DNA of 64,000 nt from Eledone cirrhosa (lineage: Eukaryota). Of this stretch, positions 25,831-39,870 are shown piece by piece. The DNA lies in the NCBI GenBank assembly GCA_964016885.1, contig OZ024740.1:210180001-210244000 (forward strand), given 5' to 3'. Below the pieces are notes generated by a model. It had not been told where the DNA came from. It saw only the letters and a list, made by a program, of their open reading frames with translations, and did no database searches. Both the position numbers and the translations under genes were made by a program. Every line of letters starts with the position of its first letter. Within the stretch, counting starts at the first letter, position 1.

Positions 25831-25832
25831 AG

Positions 25833-26145
25833 AATAATTGTTTCTACTTTTGGCACAAGGCCAGCAATTATCCCAGTGCATTACTGGTACTTTATTTTAT
25901 CATCCCCGTAAGGATGAAAGGCAAAGTTAACCTCGGCGGAATTTGAACTCAGATTATAAAGGGGCGTAACTCAATGCTGGAAAGCATGGTGTCCGACCTT
26001 GTACCTATACTGCCAATCCACCGCCCATCGCAGTTAAGAATAATTGTTTCTACTTTTGGCACAAGGCCAGCAATTACCCAGCACATTACTGGTACTTTAT
26101 TTTATCGAACCCGTAAGGATGAAAGGCAAAGTTAACCCCGGCGGG
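25833..26145 (-). mobile_element. Two tandem Meta-domain SINE copies
   Basis: Reverse complement of the 13283 SINE, twice; the second is 5'-truncated. Confidence 0.8.
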
Positions 26146-26402
26146 AAATAAGGAGAACGAAATGACAGAGGTTATTAAAGTAATAATAATTACATATATA
26201 CATACACACACATATATTTTTATATGTGTATTTAGTGTATATGTTCGTATTTTTTAGCGTGTTTATGTGTACATGCATGTATGGCGTGTGTTTTCGCGTA
26301 TGCATGTATATAGATGTGTGTATGTATATATATAATTATTATTACTTTAATAACCTCTGTCATTTTCGTTCTACTAATTTATTTACATTATTCTTATTAG
26401 TA

Positions 26403-26950
26403 GTGGATTGGCAGTATCGGTAGAGGGTCGGACGCCATGCTTTGACGCATAGAGTTACGGCCCTTGCCATTCTGAGTTCAAATCCCGCCGAGGTTAACTT
26501 TGCCTTTCATCCTTACGGGGTCGATAAAATAAAGTACCAGTAATGCACTGGGTATTTTCTGGCCTTGTGCCTAAAGTAGAAACAATTATTCTTATTGGCA
26601 GTATCAGTAGAGGGTCAGACGCCATGCTTTGACGCATAGAGTTACGGCCCTTGCCATTCTGAGTTCAAATCCCGCCGAGGTTAACTTTGCTTCTCATTCT
26701 TACGGGGTCGATAAAATAAAGTACCAGTAATACACTGGTTAATTGCTGGCCTTGTGCCAAAAGTAGAAACAATTATTCTTAACTCCAAAACGGTGAATTG
26801 GCAGTAACGGTAGAGGGTTGGGCGCCATGCTTTCTAACAGAGTTACGTCCCTTTACGGTCTGAGTTCAAATCCCGTCGAGGTTAACTTTGCCTTTCATCC
26901 TCACGGGGTCGATAAAATAAAGTACCAGTAATGCACTGGGATAATTGCTG
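26403..26950 (+). mobile_element. Three head-to-tail Meta-domain SINE copies
   Basis: Units of about 185-200 bp starting ttggcagta at about 26408, 26594 and 26797. Confidence 0.85.
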
Positions 26951-27261
26951 GGGAACGTCTTCATGAACCAAAGTATCGTCTTCCTGTTTTCCTTCGGTTG
27001 CAACGTTTTTCGAAATATTTACTTCTGCGTTCACAGATAGATTTTTTTTTAGTTTCAGAAGATCCCGTTAAGGGTGAAAGCAGCGATTCTTTGCTTAAAC
27101 TTTAATCTGTTATTTTAATAAATATTTGCTCCAGGGTTCTTATATATTTGATAAGAACCCTTATCGAGCCCTCTTTGGATTTTAGTCTTCTATCATTATT
27201 ACCATATATATATATCACATAAGAAATGGAGAATCAGTGGAGCGACGAATAAGATTTATTA

Positions 27262-27356
27262 GCCATATTACAATCGTTTCTCTGGCGACCAGCTCAAGGC
27301 AAGATCGATGCAATGATCAAACCTGACTCTGAAATCGCAAGATCCTCGGATATGTC
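27262..27356 (-). ncRNA. Hammerhead with extended stem-loop II and a U4-to-C change, in a short repeat (partial copy at about 25160-25265, + strand)
   Basis: Minus strand: gacatat-CCGAGGA-tcttgcga..tcgccaga-GAAA-cgattg-UA-atatggc. The other copy has atatgtc, which completes stem I. Confidence 0.65.
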
Positions 27357-27378
27357 TCGATCCTACGAAGCAGAGTTT

Positions 27379-27420
<42 letters not shown>

Positions 27421-28449
27421 CCACTGTGAACTGACTGGTTTCTTCTTTGAATCGCAGGATTTGTTTGGACTGATTCTGTACTACGAAATAAAAGGTGTAG
27501 AATTCTTTACACCTGGTGGATTGGTGAATTTGCTCTTTGTTCTACTTGCAGAAGCTGAAAATGGAAACTATGATGACCATTCCTGAAGATGAGGGAGTAT
27601 TGGATTTAATTGTAAGTATATATCCTGGGAGTTTGACGCACTTTTATTTCATTTTATTTATTTATTTATTATTATTTTGTTTGTTTTAAAAATCAATGTC
27701 GTGTCATGTCGTTCGTCCTGTTCGTCGACCATTATGGTTGCAATTTTATTTTAACAGGTCTGCTTTTTTTTTTATCAGATATACTTCATTTATTCCATTT
27801 TATACATATAAACACAATTTATGTAACACATATCTAAAGTATAATAAAGTAAGGAGTGCGGGACTGCATCCAGAATAAATTTTTTTATCCCGTTTGTAAA
27901 ATAAGTTCGATTACTTAGAATAAATAATGAATGAATATTACATAATTTATCTACTAAATTTCGTAGCTGTTCATTAAACATAAATATTCTTATATATAAT
28001 GATTGCTTATTTTAAGATTCACTTCTTTTAAAATTTTCAAATGTCTACACTTCCGGTTAGTGTCCGTTATATCATAACACTTATTGCATCGCTTATATAA
28101 ACATCCATATATTTGCATCGTTATATAAGGTTTCATTACATTTCACGGTAATGCATAGACTTTTTTAAATGTATCATTGATTACTTTACTTACAGAAGAG
28201 AGTGTAACACAGTCTCTCTTCAATTTTTGTGCATATTGCCAATTACGATTTTATTTGATGTATCATATCTACATGCCTATATATTTGCATATTTTATAAA
28301 TATTCACACTACACATGCTAGCAGAAAACCACCCGAAGGGTTGTTTTTCTTCTAGTATATATATGAATATGACATATTTAAAAGAAGAAAATCAATAGAA
28401 ACCAATAAAAGAAAAAGAAAGTAGCATTGCAAAATACTATAATTGAGAG

Positions 28450-29470
28450 AAAAAGGAGGAAAATGCAAGAAAGGTGTATTGTACCTCCGCCATTTATACT
28501 CTCCAGCTAGAGGTTTTTCTACACTGGTGTTAATGTTGTGATACCTGGTGTCGTTTGTATTCCAGTGTACATTCGAATATATTGACGTTACGGAATATAA
28601 GGTTCGGGAAATATGGATGTCTGAGATCTCGTATAGGCGTTTAGTTTATAACTGGCTTTGATGTTTTTTAGCGCAATGTTTATATGTTAGGACAATCGAC
28701 GGTCTATTTCATGGAGAGCTTTGGGTTTGTTTTAGATGTTCAGATTTGGGCATTTGACAAGTCTTATTTATATATATGTGTGTCATATACCGTATGGACT
28801 GAGATTCAATGCCGTGGGTTGATACCGTATGGACTGAGATTCCCGCTGAGACGATTCTGGCATGAGTGACCCTTAAGGGATTAGGCTATTATTGTATTTA
28901 ATCGTGTTCATGGATAATTTTAAATCTGTTTACGTTCAGGTTTAGGCAAATGATTTATTTACATGTAATTTTGGTCAATTTTTGTCTGTAATTGCACGAC
29001 TTGTATACAACTGCAAACCACCATGGATATTGGTGCATTTTGTTGCAAACCACCATGAATATTGGTGCAATTTGTTGGGCTTCGTTTGCGATGCGGTCCA
29101 TGAAGTAAACCAGCTGGTTTACTTCATGGACCAGGATCGAAAGTCTATCATATTTCTCTTAGCTCTGAAATACGTTATTTGGAAGGTTGAATCATATTTT
29201 AGAAGGTAACTCAAGATGTCCTTATATTGTCGGGTGATTGAATTTGCCTCCTGGTGATTCTTAGGGCTACATCTTAACAACACGATGTTAACAACATTTG
29301 TGGGTTACTGTTGTAATTGTTTTAGAGGTCATATGAAAAGTACTGCGAAGTACATATCACCTAACAAATTTCAAGTCGTCAAGGCGTTTGGCGATTTTAG
29401 TCAGACCAGATAATTTTGCTCACTGGCTGTGTGTCATATAAGTCGATTCACTTTGAACCCATACTTAATT
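28450..29470 (-). mobile_element. Possible highly decayed CR1/L2-type LINE 3' fragment
   Basis: Frameshifted FNLP..YFRAKRNMIDF resembles the CR1 motif LNLPTLxxRRxRGDMI; weak. Confidence 0.3.
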
Positions 29471-29496
29471 TTAAATTAGAAATGTGTGTTTGTGTC

Positions 29497-29615
<119 letters not shown>

Positions 29616-29845
29616 GTGTGTTTGCGTGTGATGCTTGTTTACATATTTTACACATGTACAAGAGATGTCTGGAAATGTGAATACGTATATACATGATAGA
29701 CATTTATATAAACATGTTATTTCGGTGGTATTTAGGTATCGAAATACATGCAAATGATATTGCTCCTGTATATGTATGCATGTATGTATGTATGTACGTG
29801 TATGTAAACAGACACATACATACATTTATGTGTATATGTATATGT

Positions 29846-29879
<34 letters not shown>

Positions 29880-29926
29880 GTATATATAAACACATACCCA
29901 GTCACAGTAGTATGTGTATATGTATG

Positions 29927-30073
<147 letters not shown>

Positions 30074-30106
30074 ATATATATATATATAAATATATATACA
30101 TATATC

Positions 30107-30238
<132 letters not shown>

Positions 30239-30277
30239 TACTACTGTGACTGGGAATGTGTGAGTATATATATATAT

Positions 30278-30658
30278 TATAAAGCTGACGGCCATATGTA
30301 TGTAACAAACTTTTCGCCTAACGGCTGGACCAAACGGCACCAAATTTGCACCATAGATGTAACTTTTTCCAAGTAAGAATGTGAGGGTATTTTTGTCTAC
30401 TAAATTTAGTTAAAAGATTAAAGATATTTTATTGTTTATTTAAATATTCACTCCTTTAAAATTTTCAGATGTCAACACTTCCGGTTAGCGATCTCTCTCT
30501 TTCTAAGTCTGTCTCTTTAGATAGATACATAGCTATAACGTCGCGCCCTTATAGTATCTGTCTGTATGTCTGGCTGTCTGCATTACGAAAACCATTCTGT
30601 ACATTGGCTTCGCTATCTGTGTGTGTATATATGTATATATATAGTGTGTATATATATA

Positions 30659-30756
<98 letters not shown>

Positions 30757-31800
30757 TTAGTATCATAAATAAGAGACAGTTTAATTTGTACATATTATTA
30801 CAGCATTCCTTTATACGTATATATACGTATATAACATAAACATGTTATTTACAGTTGTATAAAAAAGAAGTATAATTGTTTCTACTTTTGGCACAAGGCC
30901 AGCAATTATCCCAGTACATTATTGTTACTTTATCATATACTAGCAGAATGGCCCAGCGTTGCTCGGGATTCTAAACATAGATTGGCATGTTTATCCCTCC
31001 TTTCTGAAACAGTACAGAGAAGTACGGAATACCTCGGCCTGGGGATGGTGTCTACATTTTTTCTTCTAAAAAAAATTCGTCGTAGATTACCAGGGCTTTA
31101 ACTTAATACCTAAAAAAGGATTGTAGCACCTCCTTGTACACAATGTTCCTTGTTCTTCCGTGTCGGGCACATGCAAAGAGATTTCTCTTGCTTCCCACTC
31201 TTGAGCAGCCAACGTATAGTGGCCCGTCTGAAAAACATGATTCTTCCAAAAGAAGACCAGCAAAAGATTAAAGTTTAAGAAAGAATCGCTGCTTTCTTGC
31301 TTAACGGGATCTTCTGAAACTAAAAATAAATAAATCTGTGAATGCAGAAGTAAATATTTCGAAAAACGTTACACACACTATATATATATACACACACTAT
31401 ATATACATATATATACACACACACAGATAGCGAAGTCAATAATTTCATAATGTCGTAATGCAGACAGCCAGACACAGACAGATGTTAAAAGTGCGCGACG
31501 TTATAGCTATGTATCTATCTAAAAAGACAGACTAAGGAAGAGAGAAAGATCAACCGATTTTTTTCAAACTTTACACATGTAATACTTGTGGCCGTGTGAG
31601 TGTTTTGAGCAAAAAATATTTCAAATTTTCAATCCCCTGGGACCGCGTTAGGCCCCGGTTAGTGATTTCTCTATCTTTCTTAGTCTGTCTTTTAGATAGA
31701 TACATAGCTATAATGTAGCGCCCTTATAATATCTGTCTGTATATCTGGCTGTCTGCATTACGACATTGACTTCGCTATCTGTGTGTGTATGTATATATGG
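30278..31800. mobile_element. Cluster of Helitron-like fragments in both orientations
   Basis: Head aaagctgacggcc at 30281; reverse 3' end ctagcagaatggcccagcgttgctcggg at 30940; shared internal modules. Confidence 0.6.
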
Positions 31801-31804
31801 TATG

Positions 31805-31857
<53 letters not shown>

Positions 31858-32644
31858 CGTATTTAAGAAAGCCACAACAATGCAGAGGGAAATCTCGAGG
31901 TAGGAAGTGAAAGATAGATAGGAAAAGCAGGTGAAAGTGAAAATTGAGAGAGACAAAGATGAAAACAAAACAAAGGTAGAAGGGTTACCGTAGTAGAGAT
32001 TTAATCCCAATATTTCGGGCTCACGCCCATCAACGGGGGAAAGTTCCAAAAGGGGGGGAACAGGCCAAGCGGAGAAAGTTGTGATGTCATTAAGACAGGA
32101 ATGCCGTTATGGGGAGAAAATTATTTAAAATTTAAACGAGGGAAAGAATGCGCGTGCGCGTGATAGGCTGTGGCAAAAGCTACTGACCAAATGGGTTAAA
32201 TCAAGAGGGTGCGCTAGCGTGTGAAAGCCGTAAGATATGTGTGTGTAAATATATATGTGTGTGTAACTGTGTGTGTATAAGTGTAAGTGTGTATATGTGT
32301 GAGTGTGTGTGTGTGTGAAAGATAGTGGGCTGTAGAAGTTGGAAATCAAAGGGTGTGAAAGGTGGTAGGTTGTAAAAACATGTGTGTGTGTATAAATATA
32401 GATGTGTGTGTGTAAGCGTATGGGTATACATGTGTGTGTAACTGTGTGTGTATATGTGTGAGTGCGTTTGTGTGTGAAAGATAGTGGGCTGTAGAAGCTG
32501 GAAATCAAAGGGTGTGAAAGGTGGTAGGTTGTAAAAACATGTGTGCGTGTATAAATATAGATGTGTGTGTGTATGCGTATGGGTATGCATATACGTGCGT
32601 GGGTGTGAAGATAGCAGGCCGTAGGCTGTGAATGGTCACTATGG

Positions 32645-34086
32645 TTAAGTTAGCCATGTCAGCTCATTTCTCTCAGCCCGGTTGTTAAGTGGGGGTCTGA
32701 GGTTCTTAATAACAAGTGCTTCCTTTATCCTTAAGGATCCGATGCTGCGTTCAGTCGCTAGGACTGTGACCAAGGGTCTACCCTGTGGGTTTCCGCATTT
32801 AAGGATGTTTACGGAAGGAAGATGCGTTGGTGTTGGTATGTTCCTTGATACGAACATGTAGGGGTCGGATGGTGCTACCTATGTAAAACTTGTTACATTT
32901 ATCGCATTGAATCTTATATACGACATAGGTGCGTAGGCAATCTGCCCCCCGTATCGGGCAGTTGCTGAGGGAACACGTCCCATCTGACTCGTCGGGTTTG
33001 TTGGAGAGGCATCTTCGCAGCGAAGGTCCTGTGTGGGCCAAATGTATGTCAAGTCCCTCCGTCCGTATGGCCCTGCGGATGGCGTTCGTGGTATATTCAC
33101 TCAGGTGGGGGATTTTAAAGAAGCACCTGCTATTATTTAGTTTTCTAGTGGGTGTCTGTCTATTGGGTCTGGGGTCTCTAATTCCGTTAATCAGTCGCTT
33201 GGGGTAACCATTAGATCTGAGTAGATTACGGAATTGCGTGGTATGGGTGAGACCACCCATCGGGTCGCTGCATCTGTTAGTGATCCGTGTCAGTTCATTT
33301 AGGACATAGCCTCTCTTAGCGTTGTTGGGGAGGGCTGAGTTATAATGCACAAATAAGTCCTTGCACGCTGCTTTGCGGTAGAAGGTGGTGTTTATGTCTC
33401 CTTCTTCCGAGATGTTGATACGGAAGTCGAGGAGGGCGAGTGACCTGTGAAATCGACGTGATGGTCAGTATCGTTGAAGATTTGGTGAATTTCATTCGCC
33501 ATCTCCCGGGAAGAAGTAAGTATCAGGATATCATCAACGTATCTGGAGTAGAAGGCGACGGCGTTGGGTTGGCAGGTATTGAGTGCCTTGCGTTCCAGGT
33601 GGTCCATGTACGAGATCGCAAGTATGCCGGACAGACTAGAGCCCATAGGTAGCCCAGAGATTTGTTTGTACGTGTGGCCGAGGAAATTGAAGAGTGCATT
33701 ATCCACAACGAAGGAGAGGAGTTGGTGGATGTCCGTGTGTGTGAGTCCGAAGCAGTGTAAGTTAGATGCTCGGACTCGTTCGGTCAACAGGTCGACAGCT
33801 GGGAATGCTGGTACGGAGGTATAAAGGGCGACCACATCAAGACTGAAGGCATAACCGTTGTCCTTTCTGGTGTTGGGCGCCAGATGGTGTAGTCGCTCCA
33901 AGACTTCCTTTGAGCTGCAGACGTGGGCTGGTAGTGTGTGTAGAATAGGTTTCAGTAGTGTGGAGAGCAGCCACGATATTTTGTAGAGTGGGCCCTCCAC
34001 GCTAGAGACAATGGGCCTGATTTTCAAATCGGGTCCTTGTTTATGTGTTTTGACCAGGTGGTAGAAGGTGGGTAATTTGCTGTTTC
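32645..34086 (-). pseudogene. PLE RT plus GIY-YIG, truncated and frameshifted
   Basis: ORF pieces 33392-34027, 32799-33350 and 32645-32857. Confidence 0.9.
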
Positions 34087-35397
34087 GAAACCTATTCTAC
34101 ACACACTACCAGCCCACGTCGGCAGCTCAAAGGAAGTCTTGGAGCGACTACACCATCTGGCGCCCAACACCAGAAAGGACAACGGTTATGCCTTCAGTCT
34201 TGATGTGGTCGCCCTTTATACCTCCGTACCAGCATCCCCAGCTGTCGACCTGTTGACCGAACGAGTCCGAGCATCTAACTTACACTGCTTCGGACTCACA
34301 CACACGGACATCCACCAACTCCTTTCCTTCGTTGTGGATAATGCACTCTTCAATTTCCTCGGCCACACGTACAAACAAATCTCTGGGCTACCTATGGGCT
34401 CTAGTCTGTCCGGCATACTTGCGATCTCGTATATGGACCACCTGGAACGCAAGGCACTCAATACCTGCCAACCCAACGCCGTCGCCTTCTACTCCAGATA
34501 CGTTGATGATATCCTGATACTTACTTCTTCCCGGGAGATGGCGAATGAAATTCACCAAATCTTCAACGATACTGACTATCACGTCGATTTCACAGGTCAC
34601 TCGCCCTCCTCGACTTCCGTATCAACATCTCGGAAGAAGGAGACATAAACACCACCTTCTACCGCAAAGCAGCGTGCAAGGACTTATTTGTGCATTATAA
34701 CTCAGCCCTCCCCAACAACGCTAAGAGAGGCTATGTCCTAAATGAACTGACACGGATCACTAACAGATGCAGCGACCCGATGGGTGGTCTCACCCATACC
34801 ACGCAATTCCGTAATCTACTCAGATCTAATGGTTACCCCAAGCGACTGATTAACGGAATTAGAGACCCCAGACCCAATAGACAGACACCCACTAGAAAAC
34901 TAAATAATAGCAGGTGCTTCTTTAAAATCCCCCACCTGAGTGAATATACCACGAACGCCATCCGCAGGGCCATACGGACGGAGGGACTTGACATACATTT
35001 GGCCCACACAGGACCTTCGCTGCGAAGATGCCTCTCCAACAAACCCGACGAGTCAGATGGGACGTGTTCCCTCAGCAACTGCCCGATACGGGGGGCAGAT
35101 TGCCTACGCACCTATGTCGTATATAAGATTCAATGCGATAAATGTAACAAGTTTTACATAGGTAGCACCATCCGACCCCTACATGTTCGTATCAAGGAAC
35201 ATACCAACACCAACGCATCTTCCTTCCGTAAACACATCCTTAAATGCGGAAACCCACAGGGTAGACCCTTGGTCACAGTCCTAGCGACTGAACGCAGCAT
35301 CGGATCCTTAAGGATAAAGGAAGCACTTGTTATTAAGAACCTCAGACCCCCACTTAACAACCGGGCTGAGAGAAATGAGCTGACATGGCTAACTTAA
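34087..35397 (+). pseudogene. PLE RT plus GIY-YIG, truncated and frameshifted
   Basis: ORF pieces 34139-34648 and 34690-35397; frame change near 34595. Confidence 0.9.
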
Positions 35398-35842
35398 CCA
35401 TAGTGACCATTCACAGCCTACGGCCTGCTATCTTCACACACACGCACGTATATGCATACCCATACGCATACACACACACATCTATATTTATACACGCACA
35501 CATGTTTTTACAACCTACCACCTTTCACACCCTTTGATTTCCAACTTCTACAGCCCACTATCTTTCACACACACACACACTCACACATATACACACTTAC
35601 ACTTATACACACACAGTTACACACACATATATATTTACACACACATATCTTACGGCTTTCACACGCTAGCGCACCCTCTTGATTTAACCCATTTGGTCAG
35701 TAGCTTTTGCCACAGCCTATCACGCGCACGCGCATTCTTTCCCTCGTTTAAATTTTAAATAATTTTCTCCCCATAACGGCATTCCTGTCTTAACGACATC
35801 ACAACTTTCTCCGCTTGGCCTGTTCCCCCCCTTTTGGAACTT

Positions 35843-35878
35843 TCCCCCGTTGATGGGCGTGAGCCCGAAATATTGGGA
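35843..35878 (+). ncRNA. Minimal hammerhead-like motif with non-canonical core (mirror copy 32005-32040, minus)
   Basis: tccc-CCGUUGA-t-gggc-gtga-gccc-GAAA-ta-UU-ggga, at the pseudo-LTR position expected for a PLE HHR. Confidence 0.5.
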
Positions 35879-36069
35879 TTAAATCTCTACTACGGTAACC
35901 CTTCTACCTTTGTTTTGTTTTCATCTTTGTCTCTCTCAATTTTCACTTTCACCTGCTTTTCCTATCTATCTTTGACTTCCTACCTCGAGATTTCCCTCTG
36001 CATTGTTGTGGCTTTCTTAAATACGTATTTTACACATTTCACAATGCTTCAAGCAAACTTTAATAACCT

Positions 36070-36144
<75 letters not shown>

Positions 36145-36148
<4 letters not shown>

Positions 36149-36563
36149 TGTAACGTTTTTCGAAATATTTACTTCTGCGTTCACAGATTGATTTTATTAG
36201 TTTCAGAAGATTCCGTTAAGGGTGAAAGCAGCGATTCTTCGCTTAAACTTTAATCTGTTATTTTAATACATATATATATATATAATTATATATATATATA
36301 TATAATTATATATTCGTGTACAGATATTTTTGCATACACAATAACAAAATATAAACAAACGTATTTATTTCACGAGGCTCGACAGCAGCAAAAACAACAA
36401 CAAAAAAGAGAGGGAACACAATTACATGCTTTTGAAAAATCTTAATGGAAAATTAGGACTACTGCATCAATCGGTGAACATACGACGAAACTGTTTCAGA
36501 AAGGAGGGATAAACATGCCAATCTATGTTTAGAATCTCAAGCAACGCCGGGCCATTCTGCTAG
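36145..36563 (+). mobile_element. Helitron-like 3' half (continuation of 31660-31800)
   Basis: Same module order as 5405-5778; ends gcaacgccgggccattctgCTAG followed by t. Confidence 0.65.
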
Positions 36564-36835
36564 TACTATATATTTTCAACAGTAATACTGTACTATACTA
36601 TATATTTTCAACAGTAATACTATACTACACTATGTTTTCAACAGTAATATTATACTATATATTTTCAACAGTAATACCGTACTATATATTTTCAACACTA
36701 ATACAATACTAAATATTTTACACAGTAATACTATACTATACTATATATTTTAAACAGTAATACTGTACTGTACTATACATTTTCAACAGTAATACTATAC
36801 TATACTATATATTTTCAACAGTAATACTACACTAC
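36563..36835. repeat. About 24-34 bp minisatellite (tactatatattttcaacagtaatac), about 9 copies
   Basis: ttttcaacagtaatac units seen directly. Confidence 0.9.
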
Positions 36836-36978
36836 ACAGACGGCTTATGGTCTGTTTATCCAAGCGAAGCTAGGTACGTCAGCTATATATATATATATAT
36901 CTTCTAGTATATATATGTATATATGGATGCCGTAGATCACGTCAATGGTAGCCGGGCGCCAGCCGGACGGGCCAGCTA

Positions 36979-37013
<35 letters not shown>

Positions 37014-37014
<1 letters not shown>

Positions 37015-37180
37015 TAGCAGAATGGCCCGCATTGCTCGTGATTCTAAACATAGATTGGCATGTTTATCCCTCCTTTCTGAAACAGTACACAGAAGTACGG
37101 AATACCTCGGCCTGGTTATATATATATATATATATAACCACAAAATGTAGACTCCATCCCCAGGCCGAGGTATTCCGTAG

Positions 37181-37230
<50 letters not shown>

Positions 37231-37658
37231 CAGATTAAAGTTTAAGCAAAGAATCGCTGCTTTCGCCCTTAACGGGATCTTCTGAAACTAAAAAAATCAA
37301 TCTGTGAACGCAGAAGTAAATATTTCGAAAAACGTTGCAACCAAAGGAAAACAGGAAGACGATACTTTGGTTCGTGAAGACGTTCCCTGGCAATGAACGG
37401 AGAACAGCGAAGATAATACGTCAGCAATGAGAACAATATTTGTCATAATGTCGTAATGCAGACAGCCAGACATACAGACAGAGGTTATAGCTGCCTAATG
37501 CAGTCCCTAGCGCATTGATAATTTGAAATATTCTTTGCTCAAAATACTCACACGACCATAAGTACTACATGTGTAAAGTTTGAAAAAAATCGGTTGGGTG
37601 GTTCTCGAGTTTTATGGAGTCAGACAGACAGACATTATCTGTTTTAGATATATAGATA
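37014..37658 (-). mobile_element. Helitron-like non-autonomous element
   Basis: Reverse strand begins tctatatatctaaaacag and ends gcgggccattctgCTAG. Confidence 0.65.
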
Positions 37659-38319
37659 TATGTGTGTTTGTGTGTGTATGTGTGTGTGTGTGTGTGTACA
37701 TATACGCACTCATACACACATTTATGTGTATGTCTGTGTGTATGTGTGGTGTGTGTATGGTGTGTGTGTGTGTGTTTGATGTGTGTACGTGTGTGTGCAT
37801 GTGTATGTGTGCCAACGTAGGAATATCGTTATACTAACATCCTTTTAATTCCATCAACACGTCTTATCAACCGTCTTCTCGCTGGTGATGCTGGTTAACC
37901 GACTGATGTTATCGTTTTCGTATCTTTTCGTAGAATTAAATGAAACACAAGGCTGGGGATCACATCAATAACCCGCACGGACCGACCAAGCATTCGATGG
38001 TAGAGAAAAGAAAGAAAAATCTGACTTAACATAGGAGGATAATGAAAGATACAGAGTTTGTTTCTGAACAAGATCTTATCTTTTACTGGTCTCCAACAAC
38101 CATCAATCATTTACCATGTTGCTTAGACGTATAAATTCCAAACATAGTCGTCGCATGTATAGGATAGATGAAACATGAAAAATATTGGATGAAATAAGAA
38201 TGGAAGTTTCTAAGCTACTAGAAGGGTAAGTATAAAAAAAATACATTGCTAAAAAAAAAAAAAAATAATTCAAAACCATGAGAGATACGTAGTTTGAATA
38301 TCGTAGTGGAATCTCATTT

Positions 38320-38368
<49 letters not shown>

Positions 38369-39277
38369 TCTGCCACCCAAGTAGGAGGATACATCACCCA
38401 TATTTTTATACATAATTATTCCACTCTTTCACAATAATCCGTTTATTCATTCTTCTTTTGTTTTTTTTTTCGATCTCCACATTTTTTCTTTTTTTGACTT
38501 TCTTTCCTTTCACCCTCTTCACTAATCTTGATGATCCCCAAATCCCCTCATTACACGACCATTGCTTACAAAATATCAATAAAATGATACAAAATTGTAT
38601 GGAGGGTAGTAAAGTTATTTTTGTTTTGTATGCAGCGGTCATATAGTCAAATAATTGTATCCTTTCACTCTAATGTTCGTACTCCAGTTTATCAAATTTA
38701 AATATGCATGGATATCTAAATATATTCAATGTATATGTTTTATATATTTTTCTCACTTTAGGCGGTAACTAACTGCTTCTTCTAGCAATGAACTTACTTG
38801 CCACCGGTTTACCCTTCACAACAATTTTATCTTGACCGCTAGCCACGTGATGATTTTCACCCCTTTTGAATTCGTTACTGGCAGCGATCACTTTGGAAAT
38901 TTCGGTCCTAACTGAGAGAGTCTCTTGATAAGCTTGAAGCCTCATGGATAATGCAACGATTAGACATTTCCACAAAGTACAAGCGAAACTGTCGACAGTC
39001 GGGACTAGAAGAATATAGGTAACATTTATCTATTATTTCTTCAAACTTACATTATAATGAAATAGTATGATAGAATATTAAATGTTAAGTGTTAATTGAA
39101 CAAGTACTTTCATGCTTTCGCAATCTTCAGGTTCATAATGTGTGGTGACAGTCAAGTTTGCAATTTTCAACTGTCATTTAAAATTTTAAAGGATTGTAAA
39201 TAAAACGAGTAAATCAGACAAAGTTGGAATTCCTCTTATTAATATAATCTTCTATACACAATCATACACACCCGTGT

Positions 39278-39870
<593 letters not shown>

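Larger units (their letters stand above)
31851..36072. mobile_element. Head-to-head inverted pair of 5'-truncated Penelope/Poseidon-like elements (31851-34086 minus; 34087-36072 plus)
   Basis: About 2-kb near-identical arms. RT motifs FYHLVKTHK, IRPIVS, SLDVVALYTSVP, QISGLPMGSSLS, YSRYVDD; endonuclease VVYKIQCDKCNKFYIGSTIRPLHVRIKEH. (TA)n flanks lie inside a Helitron-like element. Confidence 0.95.

Noticed and set aside
26403-26950. tRNA gene cluster
   Set aside because: A and B boxes are present but there is no cloverleaf, and each head continues into a SINE body.
27575-27630. gaccattc-CUGAAGA-tgaggg as a hammerhead
   Set aside because: No matching stem II partner, GAAA or stem I 3' strand follows; at most a truncated 5' half.
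36563-36835. CRISPR-like array
   Set aside because: No unique spacers, variable unit length, eukaryotic context and no cas genes; it is a minisatellite.
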